The position numbers and the translations under genes were made by a program. A stretch of 63,863 nt of DNA, the filler included, from Octopus bimaculoides (lineage: Eukaryota), in assembly GCF_001194135.2 (NCBI RefSeq). It is 8 parts of 8 records of this genome, joined end to end, with 100 filler letters (N's around TTAATTAATTAA, not from the genome) between each part and the next. Parts side by side here need not be neighbours in the genome. Positions count along the whole stretch, not along the records: positions 24,437 to 48,663 come from NC_068990.1; 7 more parts are not named here. One strand, given 5' to 3'. The notes beneath the pieces were generated by a model. The model made no database searches and was not told the origin of the DNA. It saw only the letters and a program-made list of their open reading frames with translations. This document shows, piece after piece, positions 34,591 through 47,640 of the stretch. Numbering within the stretch: the first letter of the stretch is position 1; each line of letters starts with the position of its first letter.

Positions 34591-37273
34591 AGCACTAAAT
34601 GTCAAACATAATATTAACTTGTAAAAATTTACGCTAATTGGTAGTATATTAGGATTAAAAAACAAAATATTGCGCCCATGCTAGTAATTAAAATTTATAT
34701 ACCATCTGTCAGGAATGTATTTAAATGTAAATTGGTATGTCCAGTAGTGCTACACTACTAAAATTAATAAGTATTTAATGCAATGTATTCGTGGATAGTT
34801 GATTGGTTTTATTTGGTACTGATGAAAGAGCAATACCTCTTGAAATATGCATATACACCCATGAACTATTTTTTCTATCTTCCATTGCATTATTTACATT
34901 GGCGTATTCATATACGAAACATCGTAACTTACATTGCTGCTCTGAATGCTATAGAAAATCTAAAATTTATCACTTAGAAATAATGGTACGTAGTACACGT
35001 AAAAAAAGAAAGGTGCCACCAGTAGGATTTTGTCTCAGAGAGACCTCTTTCTAGAGACTTCGTGATCTAAAAAACACATAAAGCTCCGAACGACGGGTGT
35101 ACCATCAGACATCGGGTTTTGGTTTAATTTTGCCTTCCTCAGTAATGGATACACTGGTCATTCGGAAATACTGAGAAACTATTGTTCCGTTGTGCAGTAT
35201 ATGGCCAGACATAAAATTCTAACCGATATACGCACTGGAAATAGTATTAAATTATAATAATGATGCGTTCATGATTTACAATAACTACACATGTGTAGAA
35301 CCGCGCTAGGTCGCCGGTGATAAAAGGACTTTGAACTTGAAAAGATAGTAGGTGCGATGTAGTGGAGAGTTGGTTCTTATTTCTTCTAAGTCGAAATGTC
35401 TGTGCAGATATTCCCTTGTGGTGATCGATATAGTAGCAGCAACAGCAGTAGCAGCAACAGCAGCAATGGTGGTAGTAGTAATTGTTGTTGTTTTTGCTAT
35501 TTTGCAGCAAGTCCTCTATGGTCAGCTTGACCTATGTTCAAAGGGGGTTCCAATCATTATAGAACGGCGACAATTCAGAAAAGATCCCGTCTGACGATAC
35601 CTAAGTGTAAGCTTTTTATCACAACAGTCTTGTGGTGAGGGAGCCAAAGGCTTATATTTACCGAAACAAGCCAGAGTCATCAGAACCAAGTTTAGGTAGA
35701 GAAAGAGACCACTAGCCATGTATTGCAGACAGTCCTGTGAGTTCATGTTTCATCGACTTGAAGTCCTCTCTGACATTTCCGAGTCACTGTCATGAAGGAA
35801 ATCCATGAGACACGAGGAACCTACAGATCTTCTTGGAATTCTTGTACGATAGTAAATTTAAGGGTAGGACAGTAATGTTAAGATGAACACTGTGATAGGG
35901 CCTTCATGGTGTTGATAACAGCAGTTCAACAATTAATTTATTAATGTAAAAGGTGTTTTTGTTTTTTTTTCAGTCATCGTCAGCTGGCTGCATTCAATAT
36001 GGAGCAGTCCTCTGCAACTCACTGTAACATTAATAAACAAACACTCACATACAAATTTCAAATGAAAAAACAGAATACAATGTTAACAATAAATAATATA
36101 TTGCGATAAATTAGGATGTGCTCCAGTAAGGATTGATAGCACGATGACTCACACGGAACAATGTAAGAAATTACTATATATATATATATATACGTATGTG
36201 TGTATGTACACACATGCACGCACACATAAATATGCATGCACACACAAATACATACGCATACACACACACACAGAGATATAGATATATATATAAACATACA
36301 CACACGTAAAACAGGAATACACTTGTATAAGATAACTAGTATAAAGAGAATAAACGTGAACAGGTGTAAGTCGCATATATACATAATATATATATATATA
36401 CTTTTTTGTATATATATACATATGTATCTATATATGTTTATATATATANNNNNNNNNNNNNNNNNNNNNNNNNNNNNNNNNNNNNNNNNNNNNNNNNNNN
36501 NNNNNNNNNNNNNNNNNNNNNNNNNNNNNNNNNNNNNNNNNNNNNNNNNNNNNNNNNNNNNNNNNNNNNNNNNNNNNNNNNNNNNNNNNNNNNNNNNNNN
36601 NNNNNNNNNNNNNNNNNNNNNNNNNNNNNNNNNNNNNNNNNNNNNNNNNNNNNNNNNNNNNNNNNNNNNNNNNNNNNNNNNNNNNNNNNNNNNNNNNNNN
36701 ATATATATATATATATATACGTATGTGTGTATGTACACACATGCACGCACACATAAATATGCATGCACACACAAATACATACGCATACACACACACACAG
36801 AGATATAGATATATATATAAACATACACACACGTAAAACAGGAATACACTTGTATAAGATAACTAGTATAAAGAGAATAAACGTGAACAGGTGTAAGTCG
36901 CATATATACATAATATATATATATATACTTTTTTGTATATATATACATATGTATATATATGCATATATATTTTTATACATACATACATACACACACACAC
37001 ATATATATACACACACTTGTAAACATAGTCATATACGCATCTATATGTATATGTATATGTGTGTGTATATGTTATACTCAAAGATGTGTATCATTGTATG
37101 CTGGTATGTGAATATGTGTAATATTTCGTCCATTAGCATTTATAAATGCAATTAATATAATTATCTAGAAATTCATGCATATCCTACTAGAAAGATCAAA
37201 TAAGATATAGAAAACGCACACACTCACTCTTACAGACATATGAACGTGCCTATCTATCTATCTATCTATCTAT

Positions 37274-37308
<35 letters not shown>

Positions 37309-37344
37309 CCTGTCTGTCTGTCTGTCTATGTGTGTGTGTGTGTG

Positions 37345-37545
37345 TGTGTGTGTTTGTGTCTCTTTATCCCCCATAACCGTTTGCCAAACGGTGTTGATGT
37401 GCTTACCTTGACGTAATCTAGAAGTTCGGCAAAAGAGAACGATAGAATAGGCACCAGGCTTAAAAGGGTGTGACCTGAAGTCGATTAGTTCGACTATAAT
37501 TCTTCGTGGTTACAGCTTAATGACTGAAACAAGGAAAACATAAAA
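37345..37545 (+). mobile_element. SINE family A, old 3' fragment
   Basis: gttcggcaaaagag..cgatagaata.gcaccaggctta...tgactgaaacaag. Confidence 0.75.
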
Positions 37546-37619
37546 TATAAACACACACACACATACACATATGTATGTCTGTATCCCAACCCCGCCATAT
37601 GTATATATGCACATATATC

Positions 37620-38121
37620 GACGGAGTTTTCAATGTCTCTACATCGGTGCTCCAAATGCGCTTCCATTCTTGGCTTGAGTGGACTCTTCCATTTAAACCC
37701 AATTTGTTTCATTATGTCGCTTTCCTATTACTTTACGAGGTGCCAGAGTGGTGTCTTTCGATTTGCTAGAAACAAATCGACAACTGCACGAATTTACATC
37801 TTGTTCGTGAGCTTGTGCTTTCAGTTTCTTTCAACCGCATTTTTAACTATAATGTTTTCTCACATTATTTCGTTTCGAATATGTTCCCGCATATTTCTAC
37901 CTTGGATCTTTGCAAGTCCCCCTGACTCGCAACTTATTCGCAGCTGTTTCTTCTTTCAAGTAGTCTACGTACTACTTGCATATAAGGGTGCAAGTAGGAC
38001 GGTGCTATTCGTGATGTTAGTATACAGGGTCTTGACCAGGTGTGTTTTGAGAGGCAAGCGTTTTTCACCCTGATCTTTCTCTACGTGAGTTTCAACGTTC
38101 GTGTCTCGAGATATATGTGAG

Positions 38122-38200
<79 letters not shown>

Positions 38201-39239
38201 ACGTTCCAAGCAGACATACTCCTTCACCACTTAATTTTCATTGCTTTCTACCATTTGGCATGTGTTAGGTTTTCAGGAAGCTACTGCTGAATTCTGGGTG
38301 TCCAGCTGTGTCAGCATTGTCTCCCGATGATCTAACGTTTCTGCAGTGAACTCTTATGCAAATCGAAGATGTATTAATGGCTCATCGTTGATGTTGACAC
38401 CACCTTGCCAATCAGTGTCATTGATGACCATTTTAAGACGTGAAAAACTTTGGAGAAATGATATCTCCCTCTCTGAGAACTTTCCCAAGTGGAACCTTTA
38501 AGGGCGGTGACAGTAGAGCTAGAGCAATGATGCTTACTGAGATATTTTGCCAGAAAAGTTGGATACCGCTGATCTCGAGTTCTTGCATCTTCAAAGATTG
38601 CAGTATCGCATTTAACTCAACCTTATCAAAAACCTCTTCATAATCGATGAAGGCGACACAAAGAAGCAGCTTATCTCTCATTCTAAAAGATGTTTTAGAA
38701 TGAATATGGAGTATGTTGTAGTGTATTTTCTAATTTTTTTTTTCTTTCGATAAGACTTAGTCCCTCGGCAGTCTGCTGTCGAGATATTTCGATAGTCTGA
38801 TGACAATGACCTTTGTAAGCAGTTTGTAGAGCTGATACTAGAGGCAAATGGGAAGATAGTCACTCACGTAATTGAAACAACTTTATTCTAAAACAACATA
38901 GTATTCTACTCTTTCTACAGCGGGAGTAGTTTTCCTTTTTACACATATCGATTTCAATGCAGAATGAGAATTTTTCTGCTGTTGCTCTTTAACATTACCG
39001 TTGTTATAACAACTTTTTCTGGGACTTTATCTTTTTTTTTTCTTTTGTTTTAGCCAACTTTAAAGCATTCTCTTATTGACCAGAATGGGTGGCACTTCTT
39101 TCAACACTTGCGGCAGTACAAGACTGAGCGTTACCAATGGTTTCAAAATATTGGTTTTATAAGGTTTCACAGACCTCCTCTACCTGCCTTTTGTCCCTTG
39201 CCGTGAGTTCATCTTGTTCTTGAGAGACATAATCACCGA

Positions 39240-39271
<32 letters not shown>

Positions 39272-39323
39272 CGCGTGTATGTATCTATCTATCTATCCAT
39301 ATATATATATGTGTGTATATATA

Positions 39324-39376
<53 letters not shown>

Positions 39377-40830
39377 TGTATGTATATAATAATTACAGAT
39401 ATAGGGTAAAGGATTATTAATTTATTAATAAATTAATAATTAATAATTTTTACCAAGTAGTTCAGTATGGAAAAAAGACCATTATCTTTTTNNNNNNNNN
39501 NNNNNNNNNNNNNNNNNNNNNNNNNNNNNNNNNNNNNNNNNNNNNNNNNNNNNNNNNNNNNNNNNNNNNNNNNNNNNNNNNNNNNNNNNNNNNNNNNNNN
39601 NNNNNNNNNNNNNNNNNNNNNNNNNNNNNNNNNNNNNNNNNNNNNNNNNNNNNNNNNNNNNNNNNNNNNNNNNNNNNNNNNNNNNNNNNNNNNNNNNNAT
39701 ATATATATATATATATATATATAGTGCCCTCTGAATTTCTTTAAACTTTACTTTCTTCTGCAGCCTGCAGCAGCTTTTTCGGTCTATAGTTTTCAAAGTA
39801 AGTCTGTAGATGTTATCTCATCGCATTGCACAGAAATGCTTAAAGGGTTCTTCCATGTTCCTCTTCATAACCTTTCGTTTTTCAAACATTTCCCTTGTTT
39901 CTTCCAAGGTCCTTTCGTTCGGGCGCTACGGGTTTATAATTCTCGCTTTCCATAAGAAAATTTTCTTTCTCTGGATCACTGAATCAAATATCACCAATAC
40001 TGTCAAGCTGACTCCAGATTTCCATCTTGACAGAATCCTGAAACTGAATCACATCGAACACCTTAATGTGTTGTTTCTTCATCGAGATGTGCAGTGCCTT
40101 TTTCTCTCTCATCTCGTCGATGACGATTTTTGCTTGTAGCAAGCAATGGTCGCCATCAGTGTTGAGTGAGACAGACTGCAACATGCATTGTTTGTCAATC
40201 AAGATAATCGATCGCATTTTCGGTGCTGAGCGTTTGGATTTATCTAGCTTCGTCTCTTACCAGATCTTTTCGGAACAGGCGGAGATGGTGATATAAAGAA
40301 TGCTTGTCTCAATCATGGTGACTAAACGTTCTGATCGTTCTTTTTCCTCCCACAATCCAAATTTTCTAGCATGCTTCTCGCTATTTCCCGTTTTCGAACT
40401 TTCCATTGAAATACTCCATCAGGACGGTATAAGTGGATTTCTAAGTTAGCACTTTCTCTAGATCTTGATAGAACTCTGTGAATTCATTATCCTCACTGTT
40501 ACACGTAGGAGCATAGACCTTGGTGATCTTAGTCGTAGCATTTCCTAAGGCGTGATGAAGACAAATTCTTTACTTACGATGAAACCTATGCCAGCTCTTA
40601 TTCTCGCATCATCTGCCTTGCACAGTCTAATGATATTGCCATCCATTCACCTCACGTTATGTTCTTCCTTTCGACGTATTTGACAGAGTTTTACTATGTC
40701 ACATTTGGTTTTATCTTTCTCCTTTACTAGAGGGATTATACCAGTTTGGTGCTGGTAAGGTGTGTTATTCGACTCCTTGGTGACCTACGCGAACATAAGA
40801 TTGTTAGCAACTTTTGATCGTTCGGATTTC
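37620..40830 (-). mobile_element. Near-full-length fossil RTE LINE (APE endonuclease and RT), interrupted by microsatellites and a gap
   Basis: GIGFIVSKEF (EN); LPICL.YQLYKLLTKVI, FIDYEEVFDKVE, LREGDIISPKFF, IHLRFA*E (RT); LAPLYASSTWT (thumb), all in order on the minus strand. Confidence 0.85.
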
Positions 40831-41956
40831 GCCCTGACACTGTTCGATATAATATTTTCTATATATATATATATATATATATATATNNNNNNNNNNNNNN
40901 NNNNNNNNNNNNNNNNNNNNNNNNNNNNNNNNNNNNNNNNNNNNNNNNNNNNNNNNNNNNNNNNNNNNNNNNNNNNNNNNNNNNNNNNNNNNNNNNNNNN
41001 NNNNNNNNNNNNNNNNNNNNNNNNNNNNNNNNNNNNNNNNNNNNNNNNNNNNNNNNNNNNNNNNNNNNNNNNNNNNNNNNNNNNNNNNNNNNNNNNNNNN
41101 NNNNNNNNNNNNNNNNNNNNNNNNNNNNNNNNNNNNNNNNNNNNNNNNNNNNNNNNNNNNNNNNNNNNNNNNNNNNNNNNNNNNNNNNNNNNNNNNNNNN
41201 NNNNNNNNNNNNNNNNNNNNNNNNNNNNNNNNNNTATATATATATATATATGTACGTGGAATAAGTACAGTGCTATTGAAAATATGTCAGTTCTATGTTG
41301 CATACACATTATACAATATTATACTAATATTAAGTTTTGTGCAGAGTTAACGCATTAACACTATAAACGATGAATATTTTTATACATGATTTATTAATTT
41401 TATTATATTTACTTGTTACAACATATTCAGATATTTTTAAGACATTAAGGGACAGTAACTCATTTCTGCCATCTACAAGGTACAAAAGAGAATGGGGTAG
41501 ATAAACGATTTATTTTTCAAAATATTAGTCTCAAAAAGTCGACAAAAAGAGATGATGTCATCTGATGCATGTCGCAAGCAAGAAAACTCTAAAGTATCAA
41601 TGATGACAATTCTTTACATTGTGTTAATTTAAATGTGGGTATGCGTGTGTATATGTGTGCGCGCATGTATGTGTGTTTGTGTGTGTGTGTGTGTGCGTGC
41701 GTGTGTGCGTGTGTGTGGTGCATATGCCTCTGTGTTTGTGCATGCATTTGGAGAGCATGTTCGTTTATGTATTTGTGTGTGTGTGGATTTTTATGTCAGT
41801 AAACATGATTATTGCATTATATTTAAATGTGCGATCGTGTGAATGAAATTGTACAGACAGCACCACGCATCAGTAAATCTAAATTAAAAGAAATCAAACA
41901 TACCTTATACAGGGTGTGTTAAGCACTTTTCCGTTGTACGGAAATGAACAAGCAAA

Positions 41957-41993
<37 letters not shown>

Positions 41994-44963
41994 TATTTAT
42001 ATACACATATATGGGTATGTGTGTGTGTGTGTGTTTACATGTGTATACACAAATATAAACATATATATATATATATATATATATATANNNNNNNNNNNNN
42101 NNNNNNNNNNNNNNNNNNNNNNNNTATATATATGTATATGGGTGTGCGAGCGTGTGTATGTGTATACATGTATCAACATATACGCACAAGATTCGAAGGG
42201 CCGGTCTAGCAGAACAAGTGTAACTATTGGAACCGTGACAAATGCTCTGTAGATAACCAATATATAAGGTATAATGTAACATATAAATGCTCGAGCAGAA
42301 TACCTAAGACCGTCTCTTACCACATACGCACTTCCGCAATGAAAATCAAGGCCAGTTTACTCAAAGGCATTCATTCTTTTAAATACGAAAGAAAACAGCA
42401 CATCGTTTACCATCTTCATCTGAGACCTCAGAGGGAGAGACTGAGCACTCTATTTCATGGTCTATTATAGGTACTACTCTTCTTTATAGATGATGTTTAG
42501 TTGAGGTGCTTAAATTGGAAATCCAACCTAATTAACCAATGTAACGAGTTATCAATTCGTTGTTCTCAATTTTTAACAAAACATCCTTAAAATGTCCGCG
42601 CAAATATGCCATATAATTAATTTTCTTTGGTATAAATAACATTGATGTTCATGTCGTATTATAAGAGATTCTTCCTCGCAACCAATCTTTAGTTTTTTTA
42701 ATTAATCCTTAACTATTGCGCCCAAAGTAATTGAGTTTAAACTTCATTTACATACCTTTTTTCAGTAGCAAACTTGATATTTGTCGAAAGTAATCAAGGG
42801 GCGGGCAATTGACCTTATAAATTCTACCTATTATTTTTATGCAATCAGTTGAGATTCCTCCGCTCCCTCTTCTAGTTACTGTAATGCATCTCTACTAGAG
42901 ACTGGCCAGCAAATCAAGTTGATAGGCAGTATATTCCCGATGCTATGTTCTCACAAACTAAGATACTCGAACACTTGATGGCATCTTGACCTCTCATAAA
43001 TGTGAATTGTAAATCAGGGAAGTTAATTTGATATGTGCTGTTATCTACAATCCCACTTTCATGTTTTGTTTGTAGCAGAGTCTGAAAACCTACCATAATA
43101 GCTTCTAAGCTCTGAAATAAATGATTGGGATGCGAACCATTTTGTCAATTGATTGATTATGCATACGAACTAGTATATGATGCTGAAACGGTTTCTCAAG
43201 ACATTTGAAACGTTCGTAAGTTAATAAGGTTATGTAAGAACATAATACTTTATTCTTTCTCTGATCACTCTCATGCACTGGTATTAACGACACCAACTTA
43301 TCGATTGCTGAATAACCTCAGAGTTTTAGTTTGAGTGTCTCCTGAAGTATTTATGCATTTAGCCTATATGGATTACTATAGACTTTATTAGTTAGATTTA
43401 TCACATGGATGCTCTATTTTTTAGGTTTATCACATGGAGTTCTAGCGAGCTATTCGCATAGATTTATTCGATCCCTATTTTCCTTCATTACACACCCCAC
43501 AGACGCAAACACACACACAAACACACGTACGTACGTACGTACGTATGTATGTATGTATGTATGTATATCGCTACGCAAATCTTTAAACATTTCAGTAATT
43601 TACATTAAACAACACTAATTTTAATAGATTACACCACTGGTTTAGTCACATACACTATTTGAGACTTATATCAAACTACATTATGCAATAGAACCATAAA
43701 ACCAACCAACGTTGTAATGCATTACTGCATAAACTGCTAATAAATTGCCTCATTGCATTTTTTGAAGAAAAAATATGCAAGTAGTGTGAGGTATTAAAAC
43801 TGGAGCAGCACCGAAAAGAAAACAAAAAGAGCAACAACAATGAAGCATCTAATAATTTCATCTATACGCACACACACACACACATACATGCACACACACA
43901 CATACATATACACACACATAAAATTTACTCAGGGGCAAAACAAAAAATAGCACTTAACTCACTAATAATGAATTTAATGTAGTGAAAGTACTAAATGAGA
44001 CACCCTATCGATAAGTTTATACTGATCAAGTACACGTATACAGAAACTGTCTTTTTATAAATGCAGATATAAAAAAATGTGAAGTATTAAATAAAAATAA
44101 ATTTATCTAGATGTAGTTATTTGTTTTACTTGGGTAATTCTTTTTTTTTTTTTTCTCTTTACTTGCCTCTTTACTTCACACGAAGATAAAGATACGCTAT
44201 CAACTCACTGGTTTTTATAATTATAATAAATACAACAGCGGACATAAGGTGAAAAATTTTAATTCGAGACGATGGTCTTGTCTTATGTAACACAAAAGCA
44301 AATCTTTGCCATGAATCTGCGATTTATGTGTGTGTATGCATGTCTGTATGTATGTGTGTATTTGCGCGTTCTTGTTTGCGTATAAACGTACGTATATGTA
44401 TGTGTGCTTGTGTACGTGTGTACTTATTGGTGTGTTTTGATCACGTGTTTACGTGTGTACCGTATGAGTGCATGCTTCCAGCTAAATTTCAGAAAGCAAA
44501 CATTGAATAATGGCTGGGGAAAATGTTCAGCACTGAATAATTCCCACACGAACCGAATTTAAACTTATACGAAATGTCCTGCTTTTAGAGAGGAGATGAA
44601 CATGAACTGACTGATCAAGTATTGTTTCTTACTCATTCTTTTTGTCTTATGTATTACTCTTTGCCTCTTATTCTCTCCATTGCCACCTGATTTAAATATG
44701 CCAATGAATTGATTATCTCTTTCTCTTAACTGAGGAAGCACAAATATTCTGAAACAGTCTCTTTGCAGATATAAATATAGAAAACTATGAAATAGCAAAA
44801 TAAATTGAAATTCACTTCACTTGACGTAGTACTTCCGTCACACAGGAAAGAAGATAACCTCTCAACGCATCACCTTTATACATATACGCATACATATACA
44901 CATACATGTACTTACATGCATACATACATACATACATACATACATGCAGACAGACAGACATAC

Positions 44964-45012
<49 letters not shown>

Positions 45013-45199
45013 CACACGCACATATATGTATGTATGAATGTATGTATACACACATATATGTGCGTGTGTGGGCGCGTCTGTAATATGTCCTCTATGGAAA
45101 AGTTAACACAACGGCCGTTTCAAAAGCAAAGAAAGTTACCACAACTATTTCGGTTTTTGTTCTTAGTATGACAGAGAAAGGGGGTGTGACAAAGTACAA

Positions 45200-45800
45200 A
45201 AGAAAAAAAGAAAATATATAACGTGTAGAGAGGCAGAAACAAACGGGGGAAAATCTTATGGTTCAACACACCTTATAGCATGAATGTAGCCACTAACATA
45301 GCTAGAAAATTCTTAAAATTAAGACACTCTTTCCACGTTCACACAAATACCACAAGATCTTCAACAGAAACACTGTTAAAGTTAGTTATAGTTGCCTCCC
45401 AATATAGGGTCAATAATACTCAACTACAATAAAAAATAAACACACAAGAAATACACACGAAAAATAATGTAACTGCACACACCACATGTGGCGTTATTCA
45501 GAGTCAAAAATAAAAGACATGCAACATCCCAATCCTATGTGATATGGACATTGAAAGACGGGAGAATAAGTAGTCTCCGGATAAAATGGAACATCATTGC
45601 TAAAGCCAGAAAATACAGAGGACAGAGAACCAAATGTGAACCTTGCATCACTGAAAAACTAAATATCATAGAGTCAACAGATAACATCCTAAATATTCGG
45701 GATAAAATCTTTTCTCCCCGCATACACAAGCAATATCTCACACTTAAACATTTCAAAAAGGAACCATTACCTACGCTGCCAGGAGCGTGAAAACTGAATA
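45200..45800 (+). mobile_element. Penelope-like element C-terminal fragment
   Basis: [40 protein letters not shown] and KWNIIAKA..KCEPCITEKLNII. Confidence 0.88.
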
Positions 45801-46701
45801 TATACAACACAAAAACTCCATACACAGAAGAAATGTGATCCTATGACGAACTACCATAGCACACAAACAAAAAAATCACATATACCCAGAATATAATATA
45901 AAATAATGCAAACAAATTTACTGTCCAGCATGACTGCTTTTCCAAAAGTCAAATCGAAGGGAGATAACCACTCAAAAGATATCATCCAAGGGTAGCGCCG
46001 CTTGATTTATTGTTTTCTCTACGAGAATATCGGCGAAATTCACGAGAGTTTGTGTTTTTATGCAAAATGGAGATGAACATCATTGCTTCATGCGATGGGC
46101 TTCAATAATTGCTAAGATATAAAGATATTTTTTCTTATCATGAAAACAATGGTAGCGTTAATACAAAAATAAAGAAATTCTGTCCACCAATGCAGTGTTG
46201 AGCACTCATTCTCATCGTCCGACGTTTGCGTATATATATGCATATACTTCTATACATATATCTTTTCATTTTGCTTTATATATAAAACACGATACGTTAT
46301 TAAACTGAAGGATTACTAAATAGTTTTAGTAGAGTACATCTTTATGAACCATCACAAGGGGAAGATCAACGATGGTTTCGAATTGTTTGGTTTGCTCAGA
46401 TTCTGAAAACAATCCAAAAATTCAAAGTCATTGTTAATCTTTTCTTTGTAAAAATATGTATGTATGCGTGGTATAGTGTGGTGTGGAGTAGGTGTGTGTG
46501 TGAATGTGTGCGTGTATGTGTGTATGTGTGTGTGTGTGTGTGTGGTGTATGTATATTGTTGATGTCAAAACAATTTTGTAACTTTCAAGAAACATCATGT
46601 ACAGCTCTGAAGAATAGCATATAAATATTGTATTGAAAAACCCTTTTGGATACACACACACATTCATATATATACATATACATGCGCATGTACATACATA
46701 C

Positions 46702-46839
<138 letters not shown>

Positions 46840-47479
46840 TGTTCAAAAATTTATGAAAATCTCTAGTGTCTTCTAGATTTAGACCTTTAGTTTATCAAAA
46901 AAAAACAAAAAAAACACAGCGATGTTTACACCTTTTCTAGAGAACCGGTTATGGAACCAAATGTCCTTGTTCTGGGGTTAATTTTGGTTTATTATATGAT
47001 ATGGGTATCTCAGTACTTTCGTTTCCAGATATGGTCCCTTAGATTCTGGAATCAAAATGGGAGTTGCTAAGACTTTAGTTATGTTTGAGACACTGGTGAA
47101 ACTAGTCTGGTGAGACAACGATTTGAAACCTTCTAACAAAATTCCATCTATGATGTTTGCATTATCACAACTATGTTATATTCATCTAAAACATGAACCC
47201 TATATCGATAAAACTTCAAAATATTCGAAAGGTTTCAGAAATGTCTATGGCGATTATTATACTACCGCCGCTCTCTCTCTCTGCTTGGAAACGCCCCTCA
47301 TCTCTTATCATATGCTATGTGTAGGTCATGTCCTACATTTCGATGAATTCAGGTTCCCAAGTCTGTTAATTTTTGGTAAATTAGTTTTCCGTAAGCGTCC
47401 TTCGCATAAATGAAGACAATCATGTCATCGCAACAGACAAGCTTGAGTCCTCGAATATCAGCCCTATTAATTGGAAATA

Positions 47480-47640
47480 TGATGTAGTGATATCACCGGT
47501 TAACTAAGGTACAGCGTGCATGTTTGGAAAATGAATTCAGGTTGAACTTCTGTGAGTGACGTAAAATGCACCGCCGTCAATGTCCACTATTGACGGTCAG
47601 GTACGAAAAATTGGAGCTGTCCTCAATTTGAGTCTCATGG
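47480..47640 (+). mobile_element. Mariner transposase N-terminal fragment
   Basis: PSMSTIDGQVRKIGAV resembles the RSGRPSTST.DE.V..I segment. Confidence 0.4.

Noticed and set aside
35500-35860. Moderately GC-rich segment with QVLYGQL (RTE-like) and several short open frames
   Set aside because: Motif match too short to assign; no consistent exon or TE call.
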